From contig OX597827.1 of NCBI GenBank assembly GCA_951406725.2, positions 186,001 through 250,000 of the forward strand: a stretch of DNA of 64,000 bases, written 5' to 3'. Source of the stretch: Octopus vulgaris. Taxonomy: Eukaryota. The first letter of the stretch is position 1. Every line of letters starts with the position of its first letter. Shown piece by piece: positions 1 to 11,894 of the stretch. The notes beneath the pieces are model-generated. The model saw only the letters and a program-made list of their open reading frames with translations. It was not told the origin of the DNA and ran no database searches. Made by a program: the position numbers and the translations under genes.

Positions 1-227
1 AGGATTCTGCCTTTTCGAGTCAGGTTGCCTAGTGGGTAAGATGGGTCAGCACGTTGTTAAGGTTTGGGAGAAGCAGCTGCTATCTCTAGCGTTCGGGTCG
101 GGCTGTGTTGAAGGATCCATACCGCTGAAGGGTCTCCATCTGAGCGAAGAGAAGGTAGGTGCCTTTATTTCGAATCTCTCGCACACACCACAAGCTATTT
201 CGGCACTCCATATAAGACGTCACCACA
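1..227 (+). repeat. 5' LTR (partial) of the Gypsy element
   Basis: Ends GACGTCACCACA (216-227), the 11/12 inverted match of the 3' LTR start TGTGATGACGTC; followed by a TGGCAGCG PBS-like motif. Confidence 0.85.
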
Positions 228-992
228 ATGGCAGCGAAAATCAGGATTGCCAGCGACATCATCAGACCCTTTAATGGTGAAGGCGATGTAGTGGTCTGGA
301 TTCGTAAAATCAGGGTAGTGGCAAGACTGCAAGGTATAAGCGATGTGGCAAGTCTTATGGCGCTGTATTTGGAAGGGAGCGCGTTGACGCTATATCTTGA
401 GATGGACGAGGAAGAACGTCTGAGCGAGGAAAAGATAGAGCAACGTCTGAGGGATGCCTACACAGAGTGTGAATACACAGCTTTTGCTAAGCTGGGTACG
501 ATTAGATGGACGGGAGGACAGGTGGACGAATACGCAGCAGAAGTCAGAAGGTTAGTGACGCTGGCTGGGTTTACAGGAGAAGGGCTGGAGAGAGCAGTGC
601 GACTGGCGTTTGTAAATGGGTTCCCCGACGATGTAGGGATTCACCTACAACGATTGCCCGGGATTAAAAAGATGGCACTGAGCGAACTTGTGACTCAAGC
701 CCGCATGTTGACGCGACACTCTGGACAGAAGGCGATAGTGATGGCGGTGGCGGAGGTGAATAAAGACGGACGACGACTGGAGAAAGACGTACAGAAGCCT
801 ACCATGCAACGACAGCGGCCGTTCTCAGGTCGGTGTTTTAGATGTCAGGGGTCGCACATGGCGCAGGACAGTACGCAACCGTGGTCCGTTTGCCATCGAT
901 GCAAGCAGACAGGGCATATCGCCCGTGATTGCGACCAGGGAAACGACCGCGGGGAAGTTGCTGCCTCTCGAACTTTCCCCACAAACGAGTAG
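228..992 (+). CDS. gag: Gag of the Gypsy element
   Basis: Open 254-aa ORF with C-terminal zinc knuckles CFRCQGSHMAQDS (degenerate) and CHRCKQTGHIARDC. Confidence 0.9.
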   Translation: MAAKIRIASDIIRPFNGEGDVVVWIRKIRVVARLQGISDVASLMALYLEGSALTLYLEMDEEERLSEEKIEQRLRDAYTECEYTAFAKLGTIRWTGGQVDEYAAEVRRLVTLAGFTGEGLERAVRLAFVNGFPDDVGIHLQRLPGIKKMALSELVTQARMLTRHSGQKAIVMAVAEVNKDGRRLEKDVQKPTMQRQRPFSGRCFRCQGSHMAQDSTQPWSVCHRCKQTGHIARDCDQGNDRGEVAASRTFPTNE

Positions 993-3733
993 AGGCGCTA
1001 TTGGAGACGCTGCCATTAATTGACGTGGAGGCCGAGGGGAAGACGTTCAAGGCCCTCGTGGATATGGGCTGTACGACCACCCTTGTGACTTCAAGGGTGA
1101 CGAAGAAATGGAACAGGGCAAGTAGTGTCCGGGCGGTCGACGGCAGCGAAATCCATTGCAGAGGCAGCAGCAAGGTAGAGATAGTGGTGCGTGGCGCGAC
1201 ACTAAGGCTGCAGGTAATTGTGGCTGAACGCGTGATAGATGGGGTTGATGTGGTGATGGGGATGGACGCCATCAACCGCCTCGGTGGCGTCAGTATTGTG
1301 GGAGATGAGGTCATGTTCGGAAGCGTGGGGGCATCGTGCACTGCGAGTCAGGATCGCCAGAGAGAGCAGATCCCCGCGAGGGACTGCGCCGCTTACACCA
1401 TCGAGGACAAAGACTTTCAGGTGGCGTTCGATGGTCAGTGGTGGATGATAGAGTGGCGATGGAAGGACGAGCCCCCGATGCTGAAAAACAGAGTGAGCTG
1501 TTACCAGCATACCCTGAAAGGCCACGCCAGGGTTTAGTTTGAAGACGAGGTGGAGAGGTGGATCGAGGAAGGGGTCCTTGTCCCTTGGGAGGAGGAGGTA
1601 GCGGGCGGTGCTACTCCTGATGGCGGTGGTGCCTCTACGAAGGGAAAAGTCAGACCGGTGCTGGACTTCAGGGAGCTAAACCAGCATATATCGTGTCACA
1701 CGGGAGGTGAGGCGACAGACGTTTGTGGCGAGACGTTACGTGCGTGGAGACGGTCGACCAAGGCAGCGACGATTGTCGACTTGAAATCAGCATACTTGCA
1801 GCTCCATGTGAGCGACAAACTGTGGCGATATCAGCTGGTGCGGTACAAAGGCCGGACGTACTGTTTAACCAGGCTGGGTTTCGGGCTGAATTCCGCTCCG
1901 AAGATCATGGCGGCAGTGCTTAAGTCCGTCCTAGGGAAAGACGGCAAGATTAGAAAGGCCACCAGCTCCTACATTGATGACATTTTGGTGGACGAAACTG
2001 TAGCGCCAGCCAACGAGGTAGTTAGACATCTGGAGAAGTTGGGACTGATTGAGAAGCCACCGGAGTCGATGGAAGGAGGAGCCACGCTGGGGCTGAAGCT
2101 GCGAAGAGATAGATCGGGTGAATTGGTGTTCTGGAGAGGGAATGAAATCCCAGAGCTGAGTTCCAGCGTCGCTGGATGGCTGTGCACGGCGTGCAGTTAC
2201 ATCAAGAGACGAGCGGAGGGGGAGAGTTGGAGCGACAAGGTGGGAGAAGGGACGGTGGCGATGATGCAGGAAATCCGAGAGAGGACGAGAGCGGAAGACC
2301 CGGTCAGGGGGAACTGATACGTGCCCAAGACGGAATGCGGGACCGTCTGGTGTGATGCTAGCAGTATAGCGATAGGGGTTGTGTTGGCAATCGAAGGGGC
2401 TGCGGTGGAGGACGCGGCCTGGCTTCGGAAAGCAGATGACTTCAACCACATCAATGTCGTTGAATTAGATGCGGTGCTGAAAGGGCTGAACTTGGCCCTG
2501 AAATGGGGGCTGCGCACAATTGAAATCCGGATGGATTCAGCCACTGTGCTTGGCTGGGTAGGATCAGTGATCACCGGTGAAAGGAGAGTGCAGACGAAAG
2601 GTGCCGCGGAGATGTTAGTGAAGCGCCGTCTAGGAGTTCTAGGTGAATTGATCACCGAGTTCGGACTGAAGCTGAACGTGGTTTTCGTGCCTTCGGAGAA
2701 AAACAGGGCGGATGCACTGACTAGGGTGAAAAGAGCGTGGTTGGAAGAACCGGAGGAGGCCCGGAAAGGGATAGCTGTGGCGTGTCGGTTGGATGACTCT
2801 GAACTGAAGAGACTGCATGCTATGCATCACCTGGATGTGGACAGGTCCCTGTATCTGGCGAAGAAAGTTGATGCTGACGTCACTAGGAGAAGCATCCGGA
2901 AAGTGGTCGGGAGCTGCGACAGGTGTCAGTCCATCGACCCTGCTCCGTGTGGGCATGAGCAGGGAAACCTTTCGGTGGAGCACAACTGGAAAAGACTAGC
3001 TGTGGATGTGACGCGCTACCGTCAGGGAATGTATCTCCCCATGGTGGACTGCGGGCCGGGCCGGCTGGCCATTTGGAGGGAGTTGAGAACGGGCATTGCT
3101 GACGAGATCGCGCAGATCTTGAACGGGATATTTTTAGAGAGAGGTCCCGTGGAAGAACTGCTGATGGACAACGGGGCGGCGTTTCGTTCGGAAGCATTGA
3201 GGGTTATGCTTGAGCGGTGGAAGGTGCGTCGCTTGTTCAGAGCAGTGTATAGGCCAAGCGGTAACGGGATCGTAGAGAGGCACCATCGGACAGTCAAGGC
3301 CATAGCGGAAAGAGGGCACATTTCGCCACTTGAAGCAGTTTTTTGGTACAACTTGTCTCCTCAATCCGGACAAACTGAAGAATCTGTGCCGCAGAGAGTT
3401 GTATTTAAATATGAATGGAGGCACCCGAGCAAAGCGCCGGAGGGCCACGAGGAAGAGAAGGGACCCGTTTGCATGAAAATAGGGGAGGAAGTCTGGCTTA
3501 AGCCACCAAAGGCGCGCTGTACGTCTCAATGGAGCAGAGGAACGGTGACGGCGGTCAATTCCAAAAACAACGTCTCCGTGGATGGGATGCCGCGACACGT
3601 CTTGGACCTTCGCAGGATTATCGCTTCGACAGACGACGATTGTGGAGAGGAGGAGAACAAGGTGCCCAGCTTGAGAAGATCTCGACGCGCAAGGCGCCCT
3701 CCCGGTTGGATGGTGGACTACGACATGGAGTAG
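938..3733 (+). pseudogene. pol: Pol (protease-RT-RNase H-integrase) in the -1 frame to gag, with in-frame stops at 1535 and 2315
   Basis: Motifs ALVDMG, RPVLDFR, RLGFGLNSAP, YIDD, WCDAS, H-H-C-C, LMDNG, NGIVERHHR; the three ORF pieces share one frame. Confidence 0.92.
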
Positions 3734-3766
3734 AGAGATTGTGATCTTTAAGATCAGGGTGGAGTG

Positions 3767-4041
3767 TGTGATGACGTCAACAGCTGGGCAGCTGACCGGA
3801 ACTTAGGGTTGACCGGAAGGGGCAGCGGTGATGCGCGCGCAGCGAGGGAAGATTCTGCCTTTTCGAGTCAGGTCGCCTAGCGGGTAAGACGAGTCAGCAC
3901 GCTATTATGGTTTGGGAGAAGAAGCTGCTATCTCTAGCGTTCAGGTCGGGCTGTGTTGAAGGATCCATTACCGCTGAAGGGTCTCCATCTGAGCGAAGAG
4001 AAGGTAGGTGCCTTTATTTCGAATCTCTCGCATACACCACA
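3767..4041 (+). repeat. 3' LTR of the Gypsy element, lacking the last 35 bp
   Basis: Starts TGTGATGACGTC after AGGGTGGAGTG; matches the 5' LTR up to the internal CACCACA. Confidence 0.88.
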
Positions 4042-4840
4042 GATTGATTTGATGGAATTACAAAATTCAACGTTGATATGCGCTTTAAATGTCTCTGAAA
4101 GAAGCAGACAGTAAGGTACTATCCATCTATTGTCAGCTTCAAATTTCCCTATGGTTAAGATCGAGCCTCTGTCGCATGGCTTCCTGCACCTATACAGAAG
4201 GTACCCGTTTTGAGCAGCTTGAGTATGGGACACGAATTTTTTTGGATAATTCTTAGAGCATACACCATTTATCAAGCAATCTTTCCTTGTGTAGGCAAAC
4301 CCACAAGGGCCATGGAGCATATTAGACTTCACTATGCCATGGAGTTCACTATCAACGCCCGGATCAGGTATTTCAGCAAAAATTAGCCTGTCTATGCCAT
4401 TTGTATTTATTTTCTGACTTAACCATAGAAGTGTGTGTACGTGAGGCATGTCCCTCTTTTGCCACTCAATAGTGAACATGAAGCTTTTAACATGGCCAAA
4501 TATTTGGCCATTGGTGAAGAGGTCCTTGAATTTAAGTAGTTCAAGTCTAAAAACTCTCGCAATGACATCAGGCTTATCATGGGCTTGTTGACCTGGCTGA
4601 AGACTCACTTATATTTCATTCCACCTGGCATTACAAGTGAAGGTAATGAAAAGGTCGGGCCCACCGTAGTGCCGAACGTAAATCATGGTGTCTTACGTAC
4701 ATTCGTGCATATATAGAGGACTACCAGTAAAGGAAGACGTAAGTATGCACAATTGGCCTATCCTTCCAGGGGCAACATCGTTATTGATGCTATCCTTGAG
4801 ATGGATGTACTTTGCAGCTCGTAGCTTTGCCTGATTGAAT
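4042..4840 (-). mobile_element. Helitron Rep (HUH endonuclease) fragment, cut by the Gypsy insertion
   Basis: Motifs GSPLYMHE, GPDLFITFTCN, IEWQKRDMPHVH (HUH), MLHGPCG, DNRWIVPY, HINVEFCNSIKSI. Confidence 0.93.
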
Positions 4841-4868
4841 AGTAGCAGTCTAAGTAAGTGAGTTAGTT

Positions 4869-5117
4869 AAAAAAGAAATGGAAGAAAGCAGCCTGAATGT
4901 TGGGTATGTAAGTGCCTGATTAAAGGACGAAGTAAATGGTTCAATGCAGGAATGTGGTTGGTGGGGTCAAGCCCATTCCACGTCCATTCATTTTTTTCAT
5001 TTTCATCCGAAATTATAATGCATTTATTCATCTATGTAATCACATCCAATAAGTCCTCGACCCCTATTTGCCCGTGTATTCTCCCCTCTTTGTTTAACCC
5101 TTGTGGTTTGAATAAAA
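4869..5117 (+). mobile_element. Short 3' remnant of an L1/Tx1-type element inserted in the Mag 5' LTR
   Basis: Starts right after LTR GTTAGTT; 3' UTR motif GGGGTCAAGCCCATT plus T-rich tract resembles the units at 33010 and 33213; ends AATAAAA. Confidence 0.5.
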
Positions 5118-5131
5118 TCATCGTGCTAGTT

Positions 5132-7003
5132 CCACTTTGTGTTAAAAAGCGTATTTGTAGTAAGTCACTCTGTTAAATTAATTGCTGTATTGTTGAATTG
5201 CTGTTTATTCTACTTGTTTTGTGTTGAACAACACTTTGTTTTGCTGCCTTACAGCAGTTTTATTGACGTGTTCCCTCTTGTTTGAAGAGGGTAGCATAGT
5301 TTTAAAAAATGGAGTACGAAAATCTGAGTTCTTCCGAGGAAGAACTGCTGAAAGCAATTTCTGTGAAAGACAAAACAGAAGAAAAAATTAACTTTGCGAC
5401 CGTGACCAAAAGCCACGACAAAGAAATTGATGTAAAGGAACTTAGTAAATACAAGAATATGCTTCGTAGGGAGAGGCACAACATAACGGTGTCCTCTCCC
5501 GCAAGAAGTATTACAGAAAACCAAAGAAAAGAAATGATAATCTATGGAACTTAATCTGTCAAAATCAAGAAAATCGACTGAATGACTACAAATCAAATTG
5601 AAAAGGCGTTAAAACCCATCTGGCAGAGAATTTCTTACCTTGCCAGAGGAAGAGAGTTTGGAACGGTAGAGGTACTGTTCCGAGATGAAGCAACTGCCAG
5701 GCTACACTCGGAAACCCCCTTAAAAACTGACGAGGTGGTACTTCTGCCCATATACCATGGAAGACGTGTAGAAGACATACCCCCGGAAATAAATGTGGCT
5801 TGGCTAGTGGCTGCTAAACTGCTGGGCATGCAAAAAAAGATAGTGGCCCTCCAAGCTACCAGAACTCCACATAAAAATTGGCAAGGGCAGAGCCTGGATA
5901 TGGTAATCCAGGCAGCCCTGGAGAACCTAGAAAATATGGTAGAAACCATTACACTCAAAGATGTAATACTCAGGCTTAGAGAGGAGAACAGGATCCCTTG
6001 TTGTTGCAAATGTGGCCAAAAAGGCCACATTAGAGTGGAATTTCCTCCACCGCCCGTAAAGTCACAAGAGGCACCTGTGATCGTAAAAGAAACTGCACCT
6101 CCACCGCCGGTGAGAACCAGCGGAAGAGAGATCAGCACAGAGGAAGGAGGAGAAAATAAAACCAAAGACAGGTGGGAAACTGCAGGAAAGAAGAGCAGAA
6201 AGAGGAAAAAAAAGGCACAATCTGTAAATGATAACCCCCATCCCACATCCACCCGACTCCCACTTAGACCCACACTGCTCCACCCTTCTCCTGCAGACAC
6301 TAACTTTCATCCTACCCCTTCTGACACTGACAAATTAACCACAAGCGCACAATCTTTTCGGTTTGAACGGCAGTTTTTTCTAGCGGTGTCATATGAAATT
6401 GTCACCCATAATTATGACCCTAGTATCGATCTATTGCATTTCAATCTGTTTTAGGGTTAGGGTAAGGGGTGGGGGAAGGGTATTTTTTTTTCTTCACAAA
6501 TGTAAAAAAACCCAATCTGTTTCTTAAACGAGGGACATATTCATACGGCACAGAATGTTTTTTACCTCAATAGACGTCAGTGATTGGTTGAAATTGCAGA
6601 AATTGAAGAAAGACAACAAATATCTTACAAACTATAGAATTTTCTCAATAAAGCCAAGAGAAAAAGATGTTTTATAAACACATTCTACCAGTATACGAAG
6701 TTTAAAATTTTTTAGTTACCTAGAAATTATGTTAAAAACTGCCGTTCAAACCGAAAAGATCTGCAAAAGAAAATCAACACCAGTTGTATACTAACAACGG
6801 TAGATTACAACGAACTTCTTAAAGACTTTAATATAGACATTCTATGTGGTGAATAAGGTTTAAAAGTGTTTTGAAATAAGTAAATTATCGGGTATAACAA
6901 AGCCCGGATGTGGGGCCTAGTGGTTTCATTTCATTTTTCATTTCATTATTTAATTAATCCTTTTCATTCGATTTTTTTTTGTCTCCACTGTATTTTCGTC
7001 TGT
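5132..7003 (+). mobile_element. ORF1-only L1/Tx1-like unit (ORF about 5309-6856, disrupted)
   Basis: RGREFGTVEV, LLPIYHGRR, IPPEI, CCKCGQKGH; C-terminal VDYNELL; no RT between the stop codon and the 3' UTR motif CCACTGT..TTTT.GTCTGTT. Confidence 0.7.
6352..6760. mobile_element. MITE with 27-bp TIRs inserted in the ORF1-like gene
   Basis: ATCTTTTCGGTTTGAACGGCAGTTTTT ... AAAAACTGCCGTTCAAACCGAAAAGAT. Confidence 0.85.
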
Positions 7004-7039
7004 TGCAGTGTATTCGTTTATCCATAAAGATATAACATC

Positions 7040-7052
7040 TGGCGACGAGGAT
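7040..7052 (+). promoter_or_regulatory. Primer-binding site, tRNA-Ser(GCU)-like
   Basis: TGGCGACGAGGAT 2 nt after the LTR end; complementary to the ...ATCCTCGTCG-CCA tRNA 3' end; second copy at 8427-8439. Confidence 0.8.
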
Positions 7053-7092
7053 CGTTCGAAACTCACATTGGTTATTTGACAATTTTTGCGTC

Positions 7093-9350
7093 ATGGAAAA
7101 TCTATTAGCCGCAGTAGTACAGCTTCAAGAGAAGCAACAGGAACGACTACAGGAATTGCAAATACAAATACAACAACAACAATACCAGTAACAACAACAA
7201 CAATTAACTGAGTTACAGTCGGTGAAGTCCGACGGCGTGGCTAACAAAATTTCTGAATTTACGTATAATCCGGAGGAGGATATTACGTTTCCCGTGTATT
7301 ACAGAAGATACGAGGAAATTTTTAACAACGAGTGCAAGTCATAGTTGGAGGAGCAGAAAGTAAGGCTTTTACTACTCAAAGTAGCTCTTGCCGAACACGA
7401 GCATTACTGTAACTTTATCCATAAGGATATTGTTATGAGTAGGTCAATTCGGGAAACAAATGCTATGACCTACTTTGCTCGTTGTAGTCTGAAAGTCTGG
7501 AATACAAAGTTATTGTCCTTTGTTCCGTCAGATTCTGGAAGGATTAATGAGTTTTGAGGCGACCTTTGGCCTTGTGCCGGTCAGGGAAAGTTCGAGGAAG
7601 CTACCCTTTAAAAAGCGAACGAGCTGTGAGTTTGGGACAGTCGGCCGGCAGCTCTAGCAGAGACGGGACTGATACGGGGGTGGTCAGTTGAGAAAGACAG
7701 ACAGACAATGTGAGGGATGACAAGGAGAGAATGACGGTGAATGTGAAAGAGGAGGACAGGCGGATAGGATTACCGCGAGAGGCGGCGACAGCGTAGAGGA
7801 AGACAGACAGACAGATAAGATTAAGGAGCTAAGAGAGAGGGACTACGGTATGAGGGCACTGGCTATTGTGTAAAGACATTGTGAAAAGAACGTAACGGTA
7901 TGTGTTTATTTATGCTTTGATATGTGGGAAAAAAAAGAAGGAAAAAGAAAGAACAGTGCTAAAAGAAAAAGAAAGAACTGTTAAAGAAAGAAGGAGAAAG
8001 ACTCTAATGTAGACTTTAAAGAACTTTGAACTGTATCGTTAATGTGAACGTTATTTGTTTTAATTGATCTGAACTGTATATTGAATCTGCATGCTTTAAT
8101 TTGATTGCACGTATGTTCTTTAATGTATACCTGATGTATCTTTGATTTATTTGATGTTGTAATAATTGTATAAACTGTTGTTAAATGTAGCCAATTGCCT
8201 TCCGCCGTCTCTCTCTGTATCTCTTCCTGTTGTTGTTATCTCCGTTCGCCGGTCTTGCCGTGTTCGCTGCCGCCTTTCCCCCCACCGAATTCTCTCTCTC
8301 CCTGAGTCCGTGGCGAATTCACCGATCGATCGGGCCGGTAAATCGTCGTCGCTCGACTTGGTAGGGTCCCGGGTTTTTTCCCGAAGAGTTTGAGCGACGG
8401 CAGGTGGTTCGTAACAATATAATATCTGGCGAGGAGGATCGTTCGAAACACACATTGGTTTTGACAATTTCTGCGTCATGGAACTGCTTTTTTTGTGATA
8501 GAAGTTCATTATTCAACACCAGAATGGAGTGTTGAAACAACAAAAAATGAGGAGGAGGATTTTATCACCAACACCAGAGCAGTCAACCGTATGTGCGAAA
8601 ATTTCAAACTCCAGGAATCTCACTCATGATATGGTCAAATCACTTATCTTCGTGCAAGGACTTATAGCCCCTGAAGATAGAGAAATTCTGACCAGGATTT
8701 TTTCGAATGTGGAGCAAGCGAACCAGGATTTATCTCTACAGACCATCTTAAACACGATGTGAAAAAATACAAGATAAAAACTTAGCGAAAATTCAAATGC
8801 ATCTCGGGAAGCACAATAAAAAAATGTCAGGCCCCAATCCGTGTTATGGTTGTGGAGGCCTACACGTCAAAAAGGATTGTCCATTTAAAAACAAAAAGTG
8901 CTATAGTTGTCAGAAACTGGGACACATGAGTTCTCACTGTAGAACAAGACTACGAGCTCGAACACAAAAAGTTCTAAGGTGTTTACAGCGAAGACTGATT
9001 GCGACGGAAAAAAGAAAATTTGTGCTCGTAAAAATAAATGATGTGAATACCAAATTACAGTTAGACTCTGGTAGTGACATCTCGATTATAAATGCGGATA
9101 CTTGGAAAAAGTTGGTAAACCGAGATTACGTAAAACAGCGAAAATAGCGTGTGGTGTAACAGGCAATAAATTTCATTTCAATGGCAAAACATGTACTGAT
9201 GTCACATTTCGAGAAGAGACACGCGAAGCAAAATTATTCGTTGTGGATAATACAATCAATCTGTTTGGCACAGATTGGTTAGAACTATTCGGTTTATGGC
9301 ACCTCCCCATAAATCCTTACTGCAATAACATAAATGGTTGTTCCGTTTAA
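7093..9350 (+). pseudogene. gag: Mag-type gag and protease, fragmented and interrupted
   Basis: Q-rich N-terminus, FTYNPEEDITFPVYYRRYEEIF, KVRLLL, LIFVQGL, CYGCGGLHVKKDC, CYSCQKLGHMSSHC, LQLDSGSDISII. Confidence 0.85.
7431..8416. mobile_element. Solo LTR (986 bp) of an unrelated LTR element
   Basis: TGTTATGA...TCGTAACA termini; ATAT duplicated at 7427-7430 and 8417-8420; removing it restores an LTR-end plus PBS sequence. Confidence 0.85.
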
Positions 9351-9419
9351 AAACAAGTCTTCGGAACTGCTGATGAAAAAATTGAAAAGAAAATGTTCTC
9401 GTAAGTGTTATCAGAGGAT

Positions 9420-11890
9420 TTAAGTCTATGAAGAAAGGCGAAGATCTATTTCCAAGTAAGTGAAAACGCTATACCTGTATTTAAAGCAAGCAGAGAAGTA
9501 CCGTTCGCAACAATTGAAACCTTAAATGAAGAGTTGGACAAACTCGAAAAGAGTGGAGTCATCAAAAAGGTGGATTGCTCGAAGAGGGCGGCACCCACGG
9601 TATGTATTTTGAAAAGAATAATAAGATCAGGCTGTGTGCAGATTTCTCTACAGCAGTGGTACTCTAACTGGAATCCACGGTCCCCTGGGGGACCGCGAAG
9701 GGATGCTGAAGTATCGTGAAAACGGGTGGGTTGCGACAGTTAAGTTACAAAATTTCAGGACTTTTAGCTTTTCGCATGTTATCATCCTTTTTTGTCGTTG
9801 GCCTCAAAAACCCACGCCACTCCTAATCGCTCATTTGCTAATCACACTTGTTATACAACAAGTGTGATTGGCCGATTGAAAATATGCGAGTATAACTGTT
9901 GATCGTGCATGTGCTGTCGGTATTCAACTCTCACATGATTCACCACTCCACTATTGCAGTTCACACATTTGCATGTCTCTTGCCGTCGTTATCCTCATCG
10001 GTGCATGTTCCAGCATGACTGTGCACTTTGCCAGACACCAATTCTCATCCCGCATGGTGGCTGGGCTTTATGCGAAATAAACATGTGATGTAGTTATATT
10101 AAATTGGTTTACTGAATTTTATCTTTTTTATAATGCCGTCAGAAAAGAAAATGAGATATGCCGAATGAGATATGAGCGGTTCATAGTCCGGAAATTATAG
10201 TACATGAATGCATATAATTTTTTCCATGTTGATTACCCTGCATTTTATAAGGGGCCGTGAATCCTCGAAAAAACTAAGGGGACTGTCACGTAAATCTTTT
10301 TGAATCACTGTTCTACAGGATTGAACCACTGCTTAAAAACATAACAGCATCCACTCCCGACTGAAGGGGACATTTTTTTCTAAGTTAAATGGTGGAAAAT
10401 TATTTTCCAAATTAGGTCTGTCTGAAGACTATTTACAAATACAAGTAAATGAAAAATGCTCAAAATATTTGACAATAAATACACACAAAGGATTGTACAG
10501 ATACACATGATTACCTTTTGGATTAAAAGTTGCACCAGCAATATTCCAGCAGATCATGGATACTAAGTTATCTGATTGTGAATTTGCAATCCCTTACTTG
10601 GACGATATTTTGATCAGGAGTAATTCTTGCGAACAGCATGTTGAACATAAAAACTGTGTTTAAGAAAATTAAAGTTTTGGGGTTCACTTTGAGCGAAGAC
10701 AAATGTGAATTCTTCTACCCCAAATTAAGTACTTAGGGCAATTATTTAATAAAAGTGTAAGACGTCCTGACCCGTCGAGGGCAGACGCAATAAGGAATAT
10801 GACTGCGCCGACAAATATTCCAACTTCACAAGCATTTCTTGGATCGGCAAATTATTATTCCTAATATTGCACGAGTTAAGAGCTTATTAAAAAACGACTT
10901 ATTAAAAAAAATGAGTAAAGTGGAATTGGTCCATTAAATGACAGAACACTTTTGATGCACATTATGATTTCAAAATGGTCATCACTGTAGTATCTGATGC
11001 TCCCGAGCACGGATTAGGTGCAGTTCTGCTTCATAAATACGAAGACGAAGTACAAAACCAGTGGTTCATGTTTCGTGCTCGCTAAAAGCGACAGAGAAGA
11101 GATATAGTTAAATTGAAAAGGAGGCCCTAGAAATTATTTTTACAGTTAAAAAATTTCACTGGTTTCTGCATGGCAGAAGTTTTTTTATTGCAAACAGACC
11201 ACAGACCTTTGCTGTTGATTTATTGGTCTAAAAAAGTGTTCCAACTACATTACAAAAAGATGTATAACAACAATTTCACGGCGAACATCCAGGAATGGCA
11301 AGGATGGGGGCTCTGATGAGGAGTTATGTCTATTGGCCGTCTACAGACCGAGATATCTAAAACTTGGTGAGAACCTGCCGAGGTTGCGCGCTCGGTAAAT
11401 ATCAATCGCGGCCAGAGATGGAGAACCCATGGTCAAGGTTACGCATTGACTATGCCATACCGGTAGACGGCGCTTACTACCTAATCATAGTAGATTGCTG
11501 TACCAAGTGGCCGGAGGTTTGCAGGTGCTATAGATCAACCTCTAAGACAACTATAAAGTTCTTATACGAATTGTTTGCACGATACGGTATCCCTAACACG
11601 CTAGTTTCAGACAACAGAACGTAGATCTCTGAGTATAAATTCAAGAACTTCGGTAAAAGACCTGCGATAAAGCATATTTTCACTTCACCCTACCACCCGA
11701 GGTCAAACGGGCAGGTAGAAAGATTTGTGGACACCTTTAAGAGGGCGTTAAGAAAAGCGAGGAATAAATTAAGTAAAGACGAAGCACTGACAAATTTCTT
11801 AAGAATATACAGAGTGACCACCCAATCAGGGAAGTCTCCCGCAGAATTGATAACCTATTAACAAAAAAAAAAAAAAGACGAAAAGAAAAC
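9420..11890 (+). pseudogene. pol: Mag-type pol (RT, RNase H, integrase core), many frameshifts and stops
   Basis: DFSTGLN, LPFGLKVAPAIFQQIMD, YLDD, VSDA, HPGMARM, PWSRLRIDYA, LVSDN, PYHPRSNGQVERFVDTFKRAL. Confidence 0.9.
9654..10310. mobile_element. hAT (Charlie-like) non-autonomous element
   Basis: CAGTGGT...ATCACTG termini; 8-bp TSD CTCTACAG/TTCTACAG; splits the RT DFSTG motif. Confidence 0.85.
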
Positions 11891-11894
11891 ACGA

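Larger units (their letters stand above)
1..4041 (+). mobile_element. Ty3/Gypsy LTR retrotransposon, near full-length (5' LTR runs off the window start)
   Basis: 1-192 matches 3849-4041 with about a dozen differences; internal order gag-PR-RT-RH-INT; purine-rich tract before the 3' LTR. Confidence 0.95.

Noticed and set aside
825-3598. Antisense ORFs over the Gypsy pol
   Set aside because: Shadow ORFs of a GC-rich coding region with no recognisable motifs.
6451-6478. Interstitial telomere (TTAGGG)n
   Set aside because: Only two perfect units, internal to a MITE.
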